This document shows positions 17,386 to 24,538 of a stretch of DNA of 30,486 bases, in pieces. Position 1 is the stretch's first letter, and each line of letters begins with the position of its first letter. The DNA comes from a virus. Lineage: Duplodnaviria; Caudoviricetes. The position numbers and the translations under genes are program-made. Where the stretch lies: IMG/VR virus record IMGVR_UViG_3300010362_000073, positions 1-30,486 of that record. The stretch is one strand, 5' to 3'. A model generated the notes under the pieces. It saw only the letters and a program-made list of their open reading frames with translations. It had not been told where the DNA came from and made no database searches.

Positions 17386-18915
17386 ATGCCACTAAATCGC
17401 ACATGGTCGAACGGCCTCGTTGACGACGACGGCAGCGGCACCCTCGGCACGATCTGGAACAAGTCGCAGATCAACCAGTTCGAGGACGTGATCGATGCGG
17501 CCCTTGCCCCGCTCGAATCACCGACGCGGCCGGTGCCGGTCCATCACGCCACGCATCTGCAGGGCGGCTCCGATCCGATCTCGAATGTGTCGTCCACGAC
17601 GAACGGTCTTGCACCGCAGGGCTCGGGCGACCTGAATGCATTTCTCCGTGCCGATGGCCAATGGGCCTACCTGTCGGCCACGGCCGTCGCCCCGCACGCA
17701 TCGAGACACTACAGCGCAGGCGTTGACCCGCTCGATGTGAAGTTGTTGGCCGGGTTCCCCGGAGGCACGGCCACGTTCCTGCGCTCCGATGGTTCGTTTG
17801 CCGTCCCGCCCGGTGGCGGCGGTGGCGGTGGAAATGTCACCGGCCCCGGTTCGGCCGTTGACAACGCCGTGACGCGATTCGACGGGGCCTCGGGCACGTT
17901 GATCCAATCCTCGAACGTGACTATCGACGACGCGGGCATCCTCGTCGCGGCCGGTCTCGGCGGCACGCCGCTGAACGCCTCTCAACTCACATCGGGCTCG
18001 ATGCCCGATGCACGGCTCTCCGCCAACGTGCTGAAAGTGACGGGCGGATATCCCGGAGGTACGACGGCCTTCCTGCGGGCCGATGGCACGTTCGCGGTGC
18101 CTGCCGGTGGCGGCGGCGGAGCTCCGGCCGCACATGCGACGACGCATCAGGTCGGCGGCTCCGATGTGGTGAGCGTGTTGTTACTCGGTGGCTTCAATGG
18201 TCTGAGCCGGATGTTCCTGCGCGGCGACGGCGTGTGGTCCGACACGTTGACGGCCAACGCCGCGATTCAGGGCGACCTGTACCTCGGGGGCTCGGCTGCG
18301 AACATCTTCTTCAACGCGAACGCCGTCATTCAACGAAGCACGGCAGACGGGGCCGATAACGGGTTCGTTCACATCACAGGGGGCGGCGGGTTCGGCCCAT
18401 CACGCGGGGCCGGGTTCACGATGTGGGGTAACGAGAGCTCGTTGCCGGGCGTGCTGCAGGTCTTCGCCGGGGCCGTGTCGGCCTCGCGGATCGACTTCGT
18501 AAAAAACGACGGCTCAACCGTCATGCTCACACTCGGTGGCGATGGCGTGATCAAAAGCACGGCACTCTATGCCGACACGACAACATCGGCGGCAAACGTC
18601 TTTGTGCAGAGCGACGGACGGCTGCAGCGGTCCACATCGTCACTGCGCTATAAAACGAACGTGGCCCCGCTCGACGCGGACGACTGGCGGTGGCTCTTCT
18701 CGGCCCGGCCGATCAAGTTCAACGAGAAGAAAGACCCGCAGGGCCGTCCACATGCCGGGCTCGCGGCCGAGCACGTGGCCGCAGCGGCTCCAATGTTCGT
18801 CGTGTTGAACGCCGAGGGCCTACCGGATGAAGTCGCATACGGCCATCTCACGGCCCCGATCATCTCGGCCCTGCAGTCACTCGACGCGCGAATTAGATCG
18901 TTGGAGGCTCGATGA
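17386..18915 (+). CDS. Tail fibre with C-terminal intramolecular chaperone (peptidase S74)
   Basis: 'SSLRYKTNV', 'GLAAEHV', 'VAYGHL' and terminal coiled coil; internal HxxxH and FLRxDG repeats; AAGGAG RBS. Confidence 0.88.
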   Translation: MPLNRTWSNGLVDDDGSGTLGTIWNKSQINQFEDVIDAALAPLESPTRPVPVHHATHLQGGSDPISNVSSTTNGLAPQGSGDLNAFLRADGQWAYLSATAVAPHASRHYSAGVDPLDVKLLAGFPGGTATFLRSDGSFAVPPGGGGGGGNVTGPGSAVDNAVTRFDGASGTLIQSSNVTIDDAGILVAAGLGGTPLNASQLTSGSMPDARLSANVLKVTGGYPGGTTAFLRADGTFAVPAGGGGGAPAAHATTHQVGGSDVVSVLLLGGFNGLSRMFLRGDGVWSDTLTANAAIQGDLYLGGSAANIFFNANAVIQRSTADGADNGFVHITGGGGFGPSRGAGFTMWGNESSLPGVLQVFAGAVSASRIDFVKNDGSTVMLTLGGDGVIKSTALYADTTTSAANVFVQSDGRLQRSTSSLRYKTNVAPLDADDWRWLFSARPIKFNEKKDPQGRPHAGLAAEHVAAAAPMFVVLNAEGLPDEVAYGHLTAPIISALQSLDARIRSLEAR

Positions 18916-19316
18916 TCGAGACCACGCTCGGGGCCTGCATCGACGCGGAGCCGTGCTTGTCACGGTTGGCCGCGCAGGCATGGCCGGTGAAGACGGCCTA
19001 CCATCTCGCAAAGCTGACGCGACTCGTGCGGGTCGAGGTTGCCGCCTTCGAGGAACAACGATCCGTGCTCGTGCAAAAGTTCGGCGCGGCCCGGCCACCG
19101 ACCGAGGCCGAACGTGCACGCGGGGCCGCTGATGAAGTCTTCGAGGTTGGCGCGGACAACCTCACGGCCTACCTGCAGCAGTTTCGAGAGCTCCGCTCGG
19201 CCTCGGCCACGATTGCGTGGCAGCCGCTGACGTTGACCGAGCTCGACGACGCAGGCGTCAGCGTGATGGGCACCGACCTGATCGGCCTCGGCCCGTTCCT
19301 CGATGGCGAGGGCTAG
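18912..19316 (+). CDS. Fibre-associated hypothetical protein (DUF1617-like)
   Basis: ATGA coupling; 'PVKTAYHLAKL...LVQKFG'. Confidence 0.65.
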   Translation: MIETTLGACIDAEPCLSRLAAQAWPVKTAYHLAKLTRLVRVEVAAFEEQRSVLVQKFGAARPPTEAERARGAADEVFEVGADNLTAYLQQFRELRSASATIAWQPLTLTELDDAGVSVMGTDLIGLGPFLDGEG

Positions 19317-19323
19317 AGCTTCG

Positions 19324-19354
19324 AGCCGGGGCTCGGTGGCGTGGTGCCCCGGCT
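19324..19354. terminator. GC-rich hairpin at the end of the late operon
   Basis: AGCCGGGGC-N13-GCCCCGGCT; no U-tract. Confidence 0.4.
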
Positions 19355-19415
19355 GGGGACGGCAAGGCGCGGGCAGGGCTTCCGTGAGGGTTGGCCGCTG
19401 CCCGCGCGGCGTCGT

Positions 19416-19838
19416 TTACTGCACGTCGTCAGTTGTTTCGCTGGCGCGGCGGTGTGATTCCTTATGTTCTGGATCGTCCTGTTGGCTGTCGTGCTCGTCG
19501 TGATCGCGTTGCTGCACGTGATCGCCCACTGGCCGAGTGACGATTAACTTCCGATACGCCTCGTCGCAGGCGTTGCACATCACGTCTATTGCGGCCTGAT
19601 GCAGCGCGGCAAGCCGCGCGTTCTCCTGCCCAAGCTCCGCAACCTTCGCCGCCAGCGTCGAACACTGAATGTGAAGCTCGTCGAAGTTTTCCTGCGTGAG
19701 ATGCATCGGTGGGCAGTGGCAGGCCTCGTGCTCGGCCGGGAACCGCTCTTGAAATTCGAGATCGATCAGGCGGCGCACGGATTCGAGCCGGTCGAGAACC
19801 TGCATGAAGGCTCTGGCGTCGGTCTCGGAGTCGTTCAT
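19416..19838 (-). CDS. Hypothetical coiled-coil protein
   Basis: ATG at 19838 overlaps the upstream stop (ATGA); true C-terminus uncertain. Confidence 0.6.
   Translation of the reverse strand: MNDSETDARAFMQVLDRLESVRRLIDLEFQERFPAEHEACHCPPMHLTQENFDELHIQCSTLAAKVAELGQENARLAALHQAAIDVMCNACDEAYRKLIVTRPVGDHVQQRDHDEHDSQQDDPEHKESHRRASETTDDVQ
19464..19547 (+). CDS. Possible 27-aa hydrophobic peptide
   Basis: MFWIVLLAVVLVVIALLHVIAHWPSDD; weak RBS; antisense to the 3' part of 19416-19838. Confidence 0.4.
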   Translation: MFWIVLLAVVLVVIALLHVIAHWPSDD

Positions 19839-19957
19839 GGCGGGTATCCCTTCTTCGTCAGCACGAGCAGGACGACGAACCCAACGGCCACGAGATACAG
19901 GCCCGCCAGCAACGACAGGACCATCGCGATCACGCAGGCCGCGCGAAAGACTTTCAT
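19835..19957 (-). CDS. 40-aa single-TM protein; not in ORF track
   Basis: MKVFRAACVIAMVLSLLAGLYLVAVGFVVLLVLTKKGYPP; stop overlaps the next ATG. Confidence 0.55.
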   Translation of the reverse strand: MKVFRAACVIAMVLSLLAGLYLVAVGFVVLLVLTKKGYPP

Positions 19958-19961
19958 CGGA

Positions 19962-19993
19962 GAAAAAAGGAAGCCCGTTGTCAGCGGGCTTCC
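19962..19993 (-). terminator. Rho-independent terminator
   Basis: Minus strand GGAAGCCCGCTGACAACGGGCTTCC followed by TTTTTT, just after the 20002 stop. Confidence 0.85.
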
Positions 19994-20001
19994 GACTTGC
20001 G

Positions 20002-20457
20002 TTACTCCTTTGGAGCCGGGTATGGTTTTGCCGTTCGAACGTACCCCTCGCCCTGCTTCCGTAGGTAACCGTGATTGATGAACGGCGTTGTTCTCGGTCC
20101 TTTCGAAGCTCGCGGCTCGTCGGCGTCGAACAGGGCAAGGAATTTCACGCCCTGTTCCTCTCTCTGCTGACGCTGTGATTTAGACCCACGCGAAGAGGCG
20201 GCAACCTTCTTCGCGTGGCCCTTTGTTTTCGGCTTCGGCCCCGGCTTGAGTCTCGGCCTCCCCGGTGGTCGGCCCTTCCGTCGAGCCGCGTCAAGTTGCA
20301 CGGCCTCGAACAACTGATCGTGCTGATCGCGTTTGCGCTCCGTGTCGTGCCCGTTCACGAGGTCGAGTGTTCGCTTAATCGCATCCGCGTTGGCTCGGTA
20401 TTCCCGTTCGAGCCTCCGGAGTTTTTCGGCCATGCCGCCGTGTGGGTGACTCGCCAT
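20002..20457 (-). CDS. Basic putative DNA-binding protein with AT-hook-like motifs
   Basis: GAGAGG RBS; N-terminal coiled coil; RRKGRPPGRPRLKPGPKPK. Confidence 0.7.
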   Translation of the reverse strand: MASHPHGGMAEKLRRLEREYRANADAIKRTLDLVNGHDTERKRDQHDQLFEAVQLDAARRKGRPPGRPRLKPGPKPKTKGHAKKVAASSRGSKSQRQQREEQGVKFLALFDADEPRASKGPRTTPFINHGYLRKQGEGYVRTAKPYPAPKE

Positions 20458-20483
20458 TTAACCTCTCAGGTGGTTGTCGGCTC

Positions 20484-20978
20484 TCAGTGCGCGTGCGCCG
20501 CAGCCGGGAGGGCCGACGATGGCCGTCTGCGGTAACGTCGTCGAATCGTGGGCCGAGACCGTGGCCGTTCGTCCTTCTCTTCATCGCGTCGTTGTTTTGA
20601 CTTCAGCGATCCGAACGTGGCCACGTGATCGCCCTGCTCGTCGGCAAGGTGGAATTTCATCCACGCTTCGAGGGGGGCCTCACCGCCGATGCCCTTGATC
20701 TCAAAGGCCGCGCCGAGCACGGCCAGCGATACCGCCCCGAGCTTCGGCAATAGAAGCTCGGTCGGTGGCAGTCGCTCGAACAGGTCGAGAAGATTTTTAA
20801 CGCGGAGGTTTTTAAGGATTCGATTCAGGTTGGCTGCGGCCGTGAAGTTGAAGCAGTCGATCTGCGAGAAGTCGTGTCGGTAAAACACATCGGAACCGAC
20901 CTGTAGCAACGGGGCCTTTGCCTTCCCGGCGATGGCCTCGACCACGTAGGCTCCGAGGACGCGGCGCGACAAGTTCAT
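20484..20978 (-). CDS. Hypothetical protein with RNAP alpha-CTD-like HhH region
   Basis: AGGAGA RBS; 'NRILKNLRVKNLLDLFERLPPTELLLPKLGAVSL'. Confidence 0.6.
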   Translation of the reverse strand: MNLSRRVLGAYVVEAIAGKAKAPLLQVGSDVFYRHDFSQIDCFNFTAAANLNRILKNLRVKNLLDLFERLPPTELLLPKLGAVSLAVLGAAFEIKGIGGEAPLEAWMKFHLADEQGDHVATFGSLKSKQRRDEEKDERPRSRPTIRRRYRRRPSSALPAAAHAH

Positions 20979-21021
20979 TGAACGATCTCCTTAATAGGGT
21001 TTACATCGGGAGCACGGCCGC

Positions 21022-21049
21022 ATCTTAAGCGTTGCGGATCTCCTGTCAA
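21022..21049 (-). promoter_or_regulatory. Sigma70-like promoter for the leftward accessory operon
   Basis: Minus strand TTGACA-N16-TAAGAT; CCGCA-N10-TGCGG inverted repeat spans the -10 box. Confidence 0.7.
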
Positions 21050-21153
21050 GCCGTGTAAGACTAAGCTCGACTTGCGGAGCCGCCCGGCCGATTAGACACC
21101 GATTGCCGATTGTTAAGAAGCGTCGGGGGCGGGTCGGGAAGGGCTCCCGGCTC

Positions 21154-21402
21154 GTGGGCTAGTGCGCGGGGCTAGTTTGATGAAAAACACCAATGAAGAC
21201 GGGCCGAAACGATGGGCAACTCCTACTCCCCAAGAAGGAATGGTGGAGTAGGGCCACCGCTCGATTCTCGGCGATTTCCTGAGCAAACTCGCAGATTATG
21301 CCGCGATGGCCCGGCGTCGCGCAATCGGCAACCGTCGGCAACCGTTTGCGAAATGCTTGGGAATATCCGCAACGGTTGGCCTCGGGGCTATGCGGTGGGC
21401 TA
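21154..21402. other. Putative attP
   Basis: Paired GGGCTA arm-like repeats at 21154-21174 and 21383-21402; central inverted repeat with 8-nt spacer at 21222-21252; lies downstream of the integrase. Confidence 0.55.
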
Positions 21403-21464
21403 ACGGGCTGATTTGACGGGGAGTGGTTGAGGAACGAGGTTCCCCAACCACTGACAGGCGAGTG

Positions 21465-21737
21465 CTACCGGGAGCCTTCCGGCTTCCGATACAGGATGCC
21501 GCCGAAGAGGCACGAGACGGCCACGAGCCCGGCGTTCAGCGTGATGGCCCCACTGAGCAACGGCCATCCGCCTGCGGCAACCACGGCCGACACTGAGAGG
21601 CCCACGAGAGGCACGAGCAACGTCAGGGCGAAATACACGCCCCGGTAAGCCTTCCCGCTCGTGGCCAGTGCAACGGGCACCGACAACGAGAGGAAGGCCG
21701 AGAGGAACACGAGGCCGACGCCGAGCTCGTGGCCCAT
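21465..21737 (-). CDS. 90-aa three-TM membrane protein
   Basis: GGAGG RBS; start overlaps the integrase stop (TAATG); three hydrophobic segments and a basic C-terminus. Confidence 0.7.
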   Translation of the reverse strand: MGHELGVGLVFLSAFLSLSVPVALATSGKAYRGVYFALTLLVPLVGLSVSAVVAAGGWPLLSGAITLNAGLVAVSCLFGGILYRKPEGSR

Positions 21738-23188
21738 TACGCAACCTCCCGGTTCTCGCTCTTCACGAGTCGCAGGCCGCTCGGGGCCGAGCCGTCGTTG
21801 ATGCCCATTAGAGACTCGGTGCGGATCTGCTCGGTGGCTCCGACTGCGTATACCTCTCGGGCCATCCGTGAATTCGTGTGTTGGGCGGCAGCCGCTGCCG
21901 CTTCGAATCCGCGTTGCCTTGCAACCCTCGTGATGAATGTGTGCCGGAGTAGGTAGGCGTGCGCCTCTTTGGTTCGTTTCAGGAATTCGGCCTGCTTCAC
22001 CGGATCGTCGATCTTCTTCGCGGCTCGTTTGATGGCCGACTTCAACATCGAATTGATCGCCGAATTGTTGAAGTCCCAACCAAAGAGATCGAGGGCCGCA
22101 AAGTCAGTGAATGCCGCGACACCGCCCGGCAACTGCCATTGCCACTGCGCCGGGGCCGTCTTTCCTTTGAGCCGTTTCGGATAGAGCACATACGGGCCGA
22201 CGTGTTCCGCGCCGCGCAGCGCCGCCTGTCGGCCGTCGAGATCCATCGAGTCGGGAAGTAGTCGCTTGATGCCGATCTGCGGGAGCCCGGCATACAACAG
22301 GATTCGAATGATGATCTTCCCGAGGTTCACTCGTTCTCCGTTGGCCGCGATTCGGAGCGGCGTGCCCTTCGCCAGTTTGTGAGCCCTTTTCAGCATCGGA
22401 ACCGTGTCGCGAATCTCGGGGACGATCCGTTCGATGTCAATGTCGAGGAAGTGCTTGGGCGTCGGCTTCGCGGGCCGTGCAAGTTGCAGTCTCTCAATCG
22501 AGACCGGATTCGGAATGTCGAGGCGCTTGCACATCATCGAGAGGGCCGAGAACCGAGCCCGGATGGTTGCCGCTGACGCAGGTTGGCCAGTGGCGCAGGG
22601 CTCGACTTCCATCCGCCGCGCAATCTGCGCCAGTAGTTCAACGTCGAAATGCTTCATCGGCTTGTCACCGTACGTGCCGAGCTCGGGCCGCTTCGGGTCA
22701 ACCGGCATGTTGCGGAAAGCATCGAGTTTGCTTTTGTAGTCGTCCCGCTTTGCCTGCCGTGACCGGCCAGCGGTCTTCGTGGTCGGTGTGTCGGTCGTTG
22801 TCGTCGTTGGAACGTCGGCCGCTTCCATCTTGAGAAAACGATCCATGTGGTCACCGAGCGAGCCCTTCTCGGCCTTCTGCGTCTGCGGGTGGTCGTTTTC
22901 GAGAACCTTCTTCGTGTCGCGCTGCCACGTTTGGCACCGGTCGAGAAACTGCTTCCACGTCTCGTCCTGCTCCCACGTGAAGCGCAGAGCCTTTTGAGGC
23001 CTCGAAATGCCGAGGGCCTTGTAGATGCGAGAGTCGCCCGCCGCAACGTAAACCTGAAACTCACGCGGAAGTTTCGAATGCACCCGAATGCCGGTGTACT
23101 TCGTGGCCTTCCACGTTGCCGCTTTCTTCATCGACGTTCGAACCTTCGGAGCTTCCAAAGATTCAGGTGTGAGGGTTTCGATGTTCAT
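21737..23188 (-). CDS. int: Tyrosine recombinase / integrase (atypical)
   Basis: 'SAATIRARFSALS' core-binding motif, 'YLLRHTF', 'QHTNSRMAREVY'; box I reads YAGLP rather than TGxR. Confidence 0.8.
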   Translation of the reverse strand: MNIETLTPESLEAPKVRTSMKKAATWKATKYTGIRVHSKLPREFQVYVAAGDSRIYKALGISRPQKALRFTWEQDETWKQFLDRCQTWQRDTKKVLENDHPQTQKAEKGSLGDHMDRFLKMEAADVPTTTTTDTPTTKTAGRSRQAKRDDYKSKLDAFRNMPVDPKRPELGTYGDKPMKHFDVELLAQIARRMEVEPCATGQPASAATIRARFSALSMMCKRLDIPNPVSIERLQLARPAKPTPKHFLDIDIERIVPEIRDTVPMLKRAHKLAKGTPLRIAANGERVNLGKIIIRILLYAGLPQIGIKRLLPDSMDLDGRQAALRGAEHVGPYVLYPKRLKGKTAPAQWQWQLPGGVAAFTDFAALDLFGWDFNNSAINSMLKSAIKRAAKKIDDPVKQAEFLKRTKEAHAYLLRHTFITRVARQRGFEAAAAAAQHTNSRMAREVYAVGATEQIRTESLMGINDGSAPSGLRLVKSENREVA

Positions 23189-23454
23189 CTCTCGTGCCTT
23201 TCCTGCTTGGCGTGTTTTTCTGCGAGCTCTTCCGAGAGCTTGTGAACGTAGGTCTTGATCAGCGTCTGGCGCGGAATGCCGATGTTCTCGGCCTCGCGGT
23301 CGAGAATCGCAACGGTCTTTGACGGAAGATCGATGTTCACTCGATGCACGCGCGTGCTCGTGGGGTCGGCCTTTCGTCGTGCGGGTTGGTCGGTCTTTGG
23401 TTTCATCGTTCGGGCCTTTCGTGTCTTGCGAGTCTTGCGGGGAGAGCTCGCCAT
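23185..23454 (-). CDS. RHH (CopG/BrnA-like) DNA-binding protein
   Basis: 'RVNIDLP...LDREAENIGIPRQTLIK'; AAGGAG RBS. Confidence 0.75.
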   Translation of the reverse strand: MASSPRKTRKTRKARTMKPKTDQPARRKADPTSTRVHRVNIDLPSKTVAILDREAENIGIPRQTLIKTYVHKLSEELAEKHAKQERHER

Positions 23455-23468
23455 CGGGTCGGACTCCT

Positions 23469-23768
23469 TCACGGTTTCATCGGGGGCACCACGCCCGCGA
23501 GTTTTCGAAGATGTTGCATCGCTTCCGGGTGACGGAATGGTTCGCCGCAGTTCCAATCTTTCGATTGGTAGTCATAAACGAGCATCACGCATTCACGTGT
23601 GAGCTCGAAGTCTTCGCCGAGCTTGTCGTGCGCGACGAAGCCCTCGATGCCTCGGTCGATATCGACGAAGAGCAGGCCACCGTTATCCGCAATGAGTGCC
23701 GCGATGCGCTGCCCTGCCGACGTATAGAGTCGGCCGGTGTTGAACGCTACGGTCTTTGGAGTGGTCAC
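23469..23768 (-). CDS. Hypothetical protein
   Basis: GTG start with AGGGAG RBS; first gene of the leftward int operon. Confidence 0.7.
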   Translation of the reverse strand: MTTPKTVAFNTGRLYTSAGQRIAALIADNGGLLFVDIDRGIEGFVAHDKLGEDFELTRECVMLVYDYQSKDWNCGEPFRHPEAMQHLRKLAGVVPPMKP

Positions 23769-23830
23769 GATTCAAAGCTCCCTAAAAAGTCGTTTGTTTG
23801 CCGCCGCCGAACGAACACAACCGGAGCAAA

Positions 23831-23838
23831 ATTATACC
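23831..23838 (-). promoter_or_regulatory. Perfect -10 box (GGTATAAT) for the int operon
   Basis: ATTATACC on the plus strand, about 60 nt upstream of 23768; -35 box is poor. Confidence 0.5.
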
Positions 23839-24015
23839 TTCTCGGTAAAGCCGCTTAGATTGCTAAGAGATCGCAGCGATACGGGTCGGGGCCGTAACCG
23901 CTTGGTTCGACGGCCGGATCGGTCGAATGAGATAGGTGTTAGGAAACTAGCACGTAGGAACCCTCGCGGCCGATTTCGATTGCGTTCCGATCCGTGGCGG
24001 TACAGGCCTCCCTTC

Positions 24016-24088
24016 GCAACCGTCGGCAACCGTTCGCGAGCCTCGGCAACCGTGAGTACGGCGAAGCTCGGCCGCAGTCGGCAACCCT
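24016..24088 (+). repeat. GCAACCG direct-repeat array in the divergent control region
   Basis: Copies at 24016, 24026, 24046 and (degenerate) 24081, followed by TTGACA at 24105. Confidence 0.85.
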
Positions 24089-24159
24089 TCTGTAACGTTG
24101 TCTATTGACACCATGAATTACTGAGGGCAATTATGCGGCCTCCAATGAGGGCCGATTAC

Positions 24160-24489
24160 ATGGCGAAAAAGTCGAGGAAGCGCGGCGCGACGAGAACACC
24201 CGAGCGGCATCAGCGTGACCGCTCGGCTTACACGCCGAGGGCGCACCGGGCCGGGGCCGTCGAGCCGGTGAAGTTCGATCAGTTCGGCGAGATGATGACC
24301 GACCGCAACGTGGCGGACATCTACATCTGCGCCGTCACGACGATCCACGCGCGGGTGCGCCGGGGCGAGCTCCCGCCACCGATTTCCAAGCGTCCATACA
24401 TCTGGCCAACGGCCGTGATCCGGGCGGCATGGGAACGGGAGTGTAGGGAGAAGTACGGCCGAAACGCCCTCGTGACCGAGATGCGATAA
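24160..24489 (+). CDS. AlpA/Xis-like winged-HTH protein
   Basis: 'VADIYICAVTTIHARVRRGELPPPI...YIW'; first gene of the rightward operon. Confidence 0.7.
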   Translation: MAKKSRKRGATRTPERHQRDRSAYTPRAHRAGAVEPVKFDQFGEMMTDRNVADIYICAVTTIHARVRRGELPPPISKRPYIWPTAVIRAAWERECREKYGRNALVTEMR

Positions 24490-24538
24490 GGCGGCGATTC
24501 GCCACTTTTTCACGACAACCGAAAACGGAGGCCGACCG

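Noticed and set aside
17386-18915. Fibre repeats as DGR template/variable repeats
   Set aside because: No reverse transcriptase; differences are not adenine-specific.
21177-21211. TGATGA...GAAAC hammerhead-like words
   Set aside because: Lacks CUGA and the intervening sequence cannot form stem II.
21241-21280. TGGTGGAG (reverse complement CTCCACCA) suggesting a tRNA/tmRNA 3' end
   Set aside because: No T-arm (GTTCRA) at the expected distance; no tRNA called here or elsewhere.
24016-24088. Repeats plus a nearby Cas4-like gene as a CRISPR system
   Set aside because: Repeats are 7-10 bp with no unique 30-bp spacers; no cas1/cas2. Solo Cas4-like nucleases are common in phages.
24105-24134. TTGACA as a full rightward promoter
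   Set aside because: Only a weak -10 (AATTAT at 18 nt spacing); plausible but not supported enough to call.
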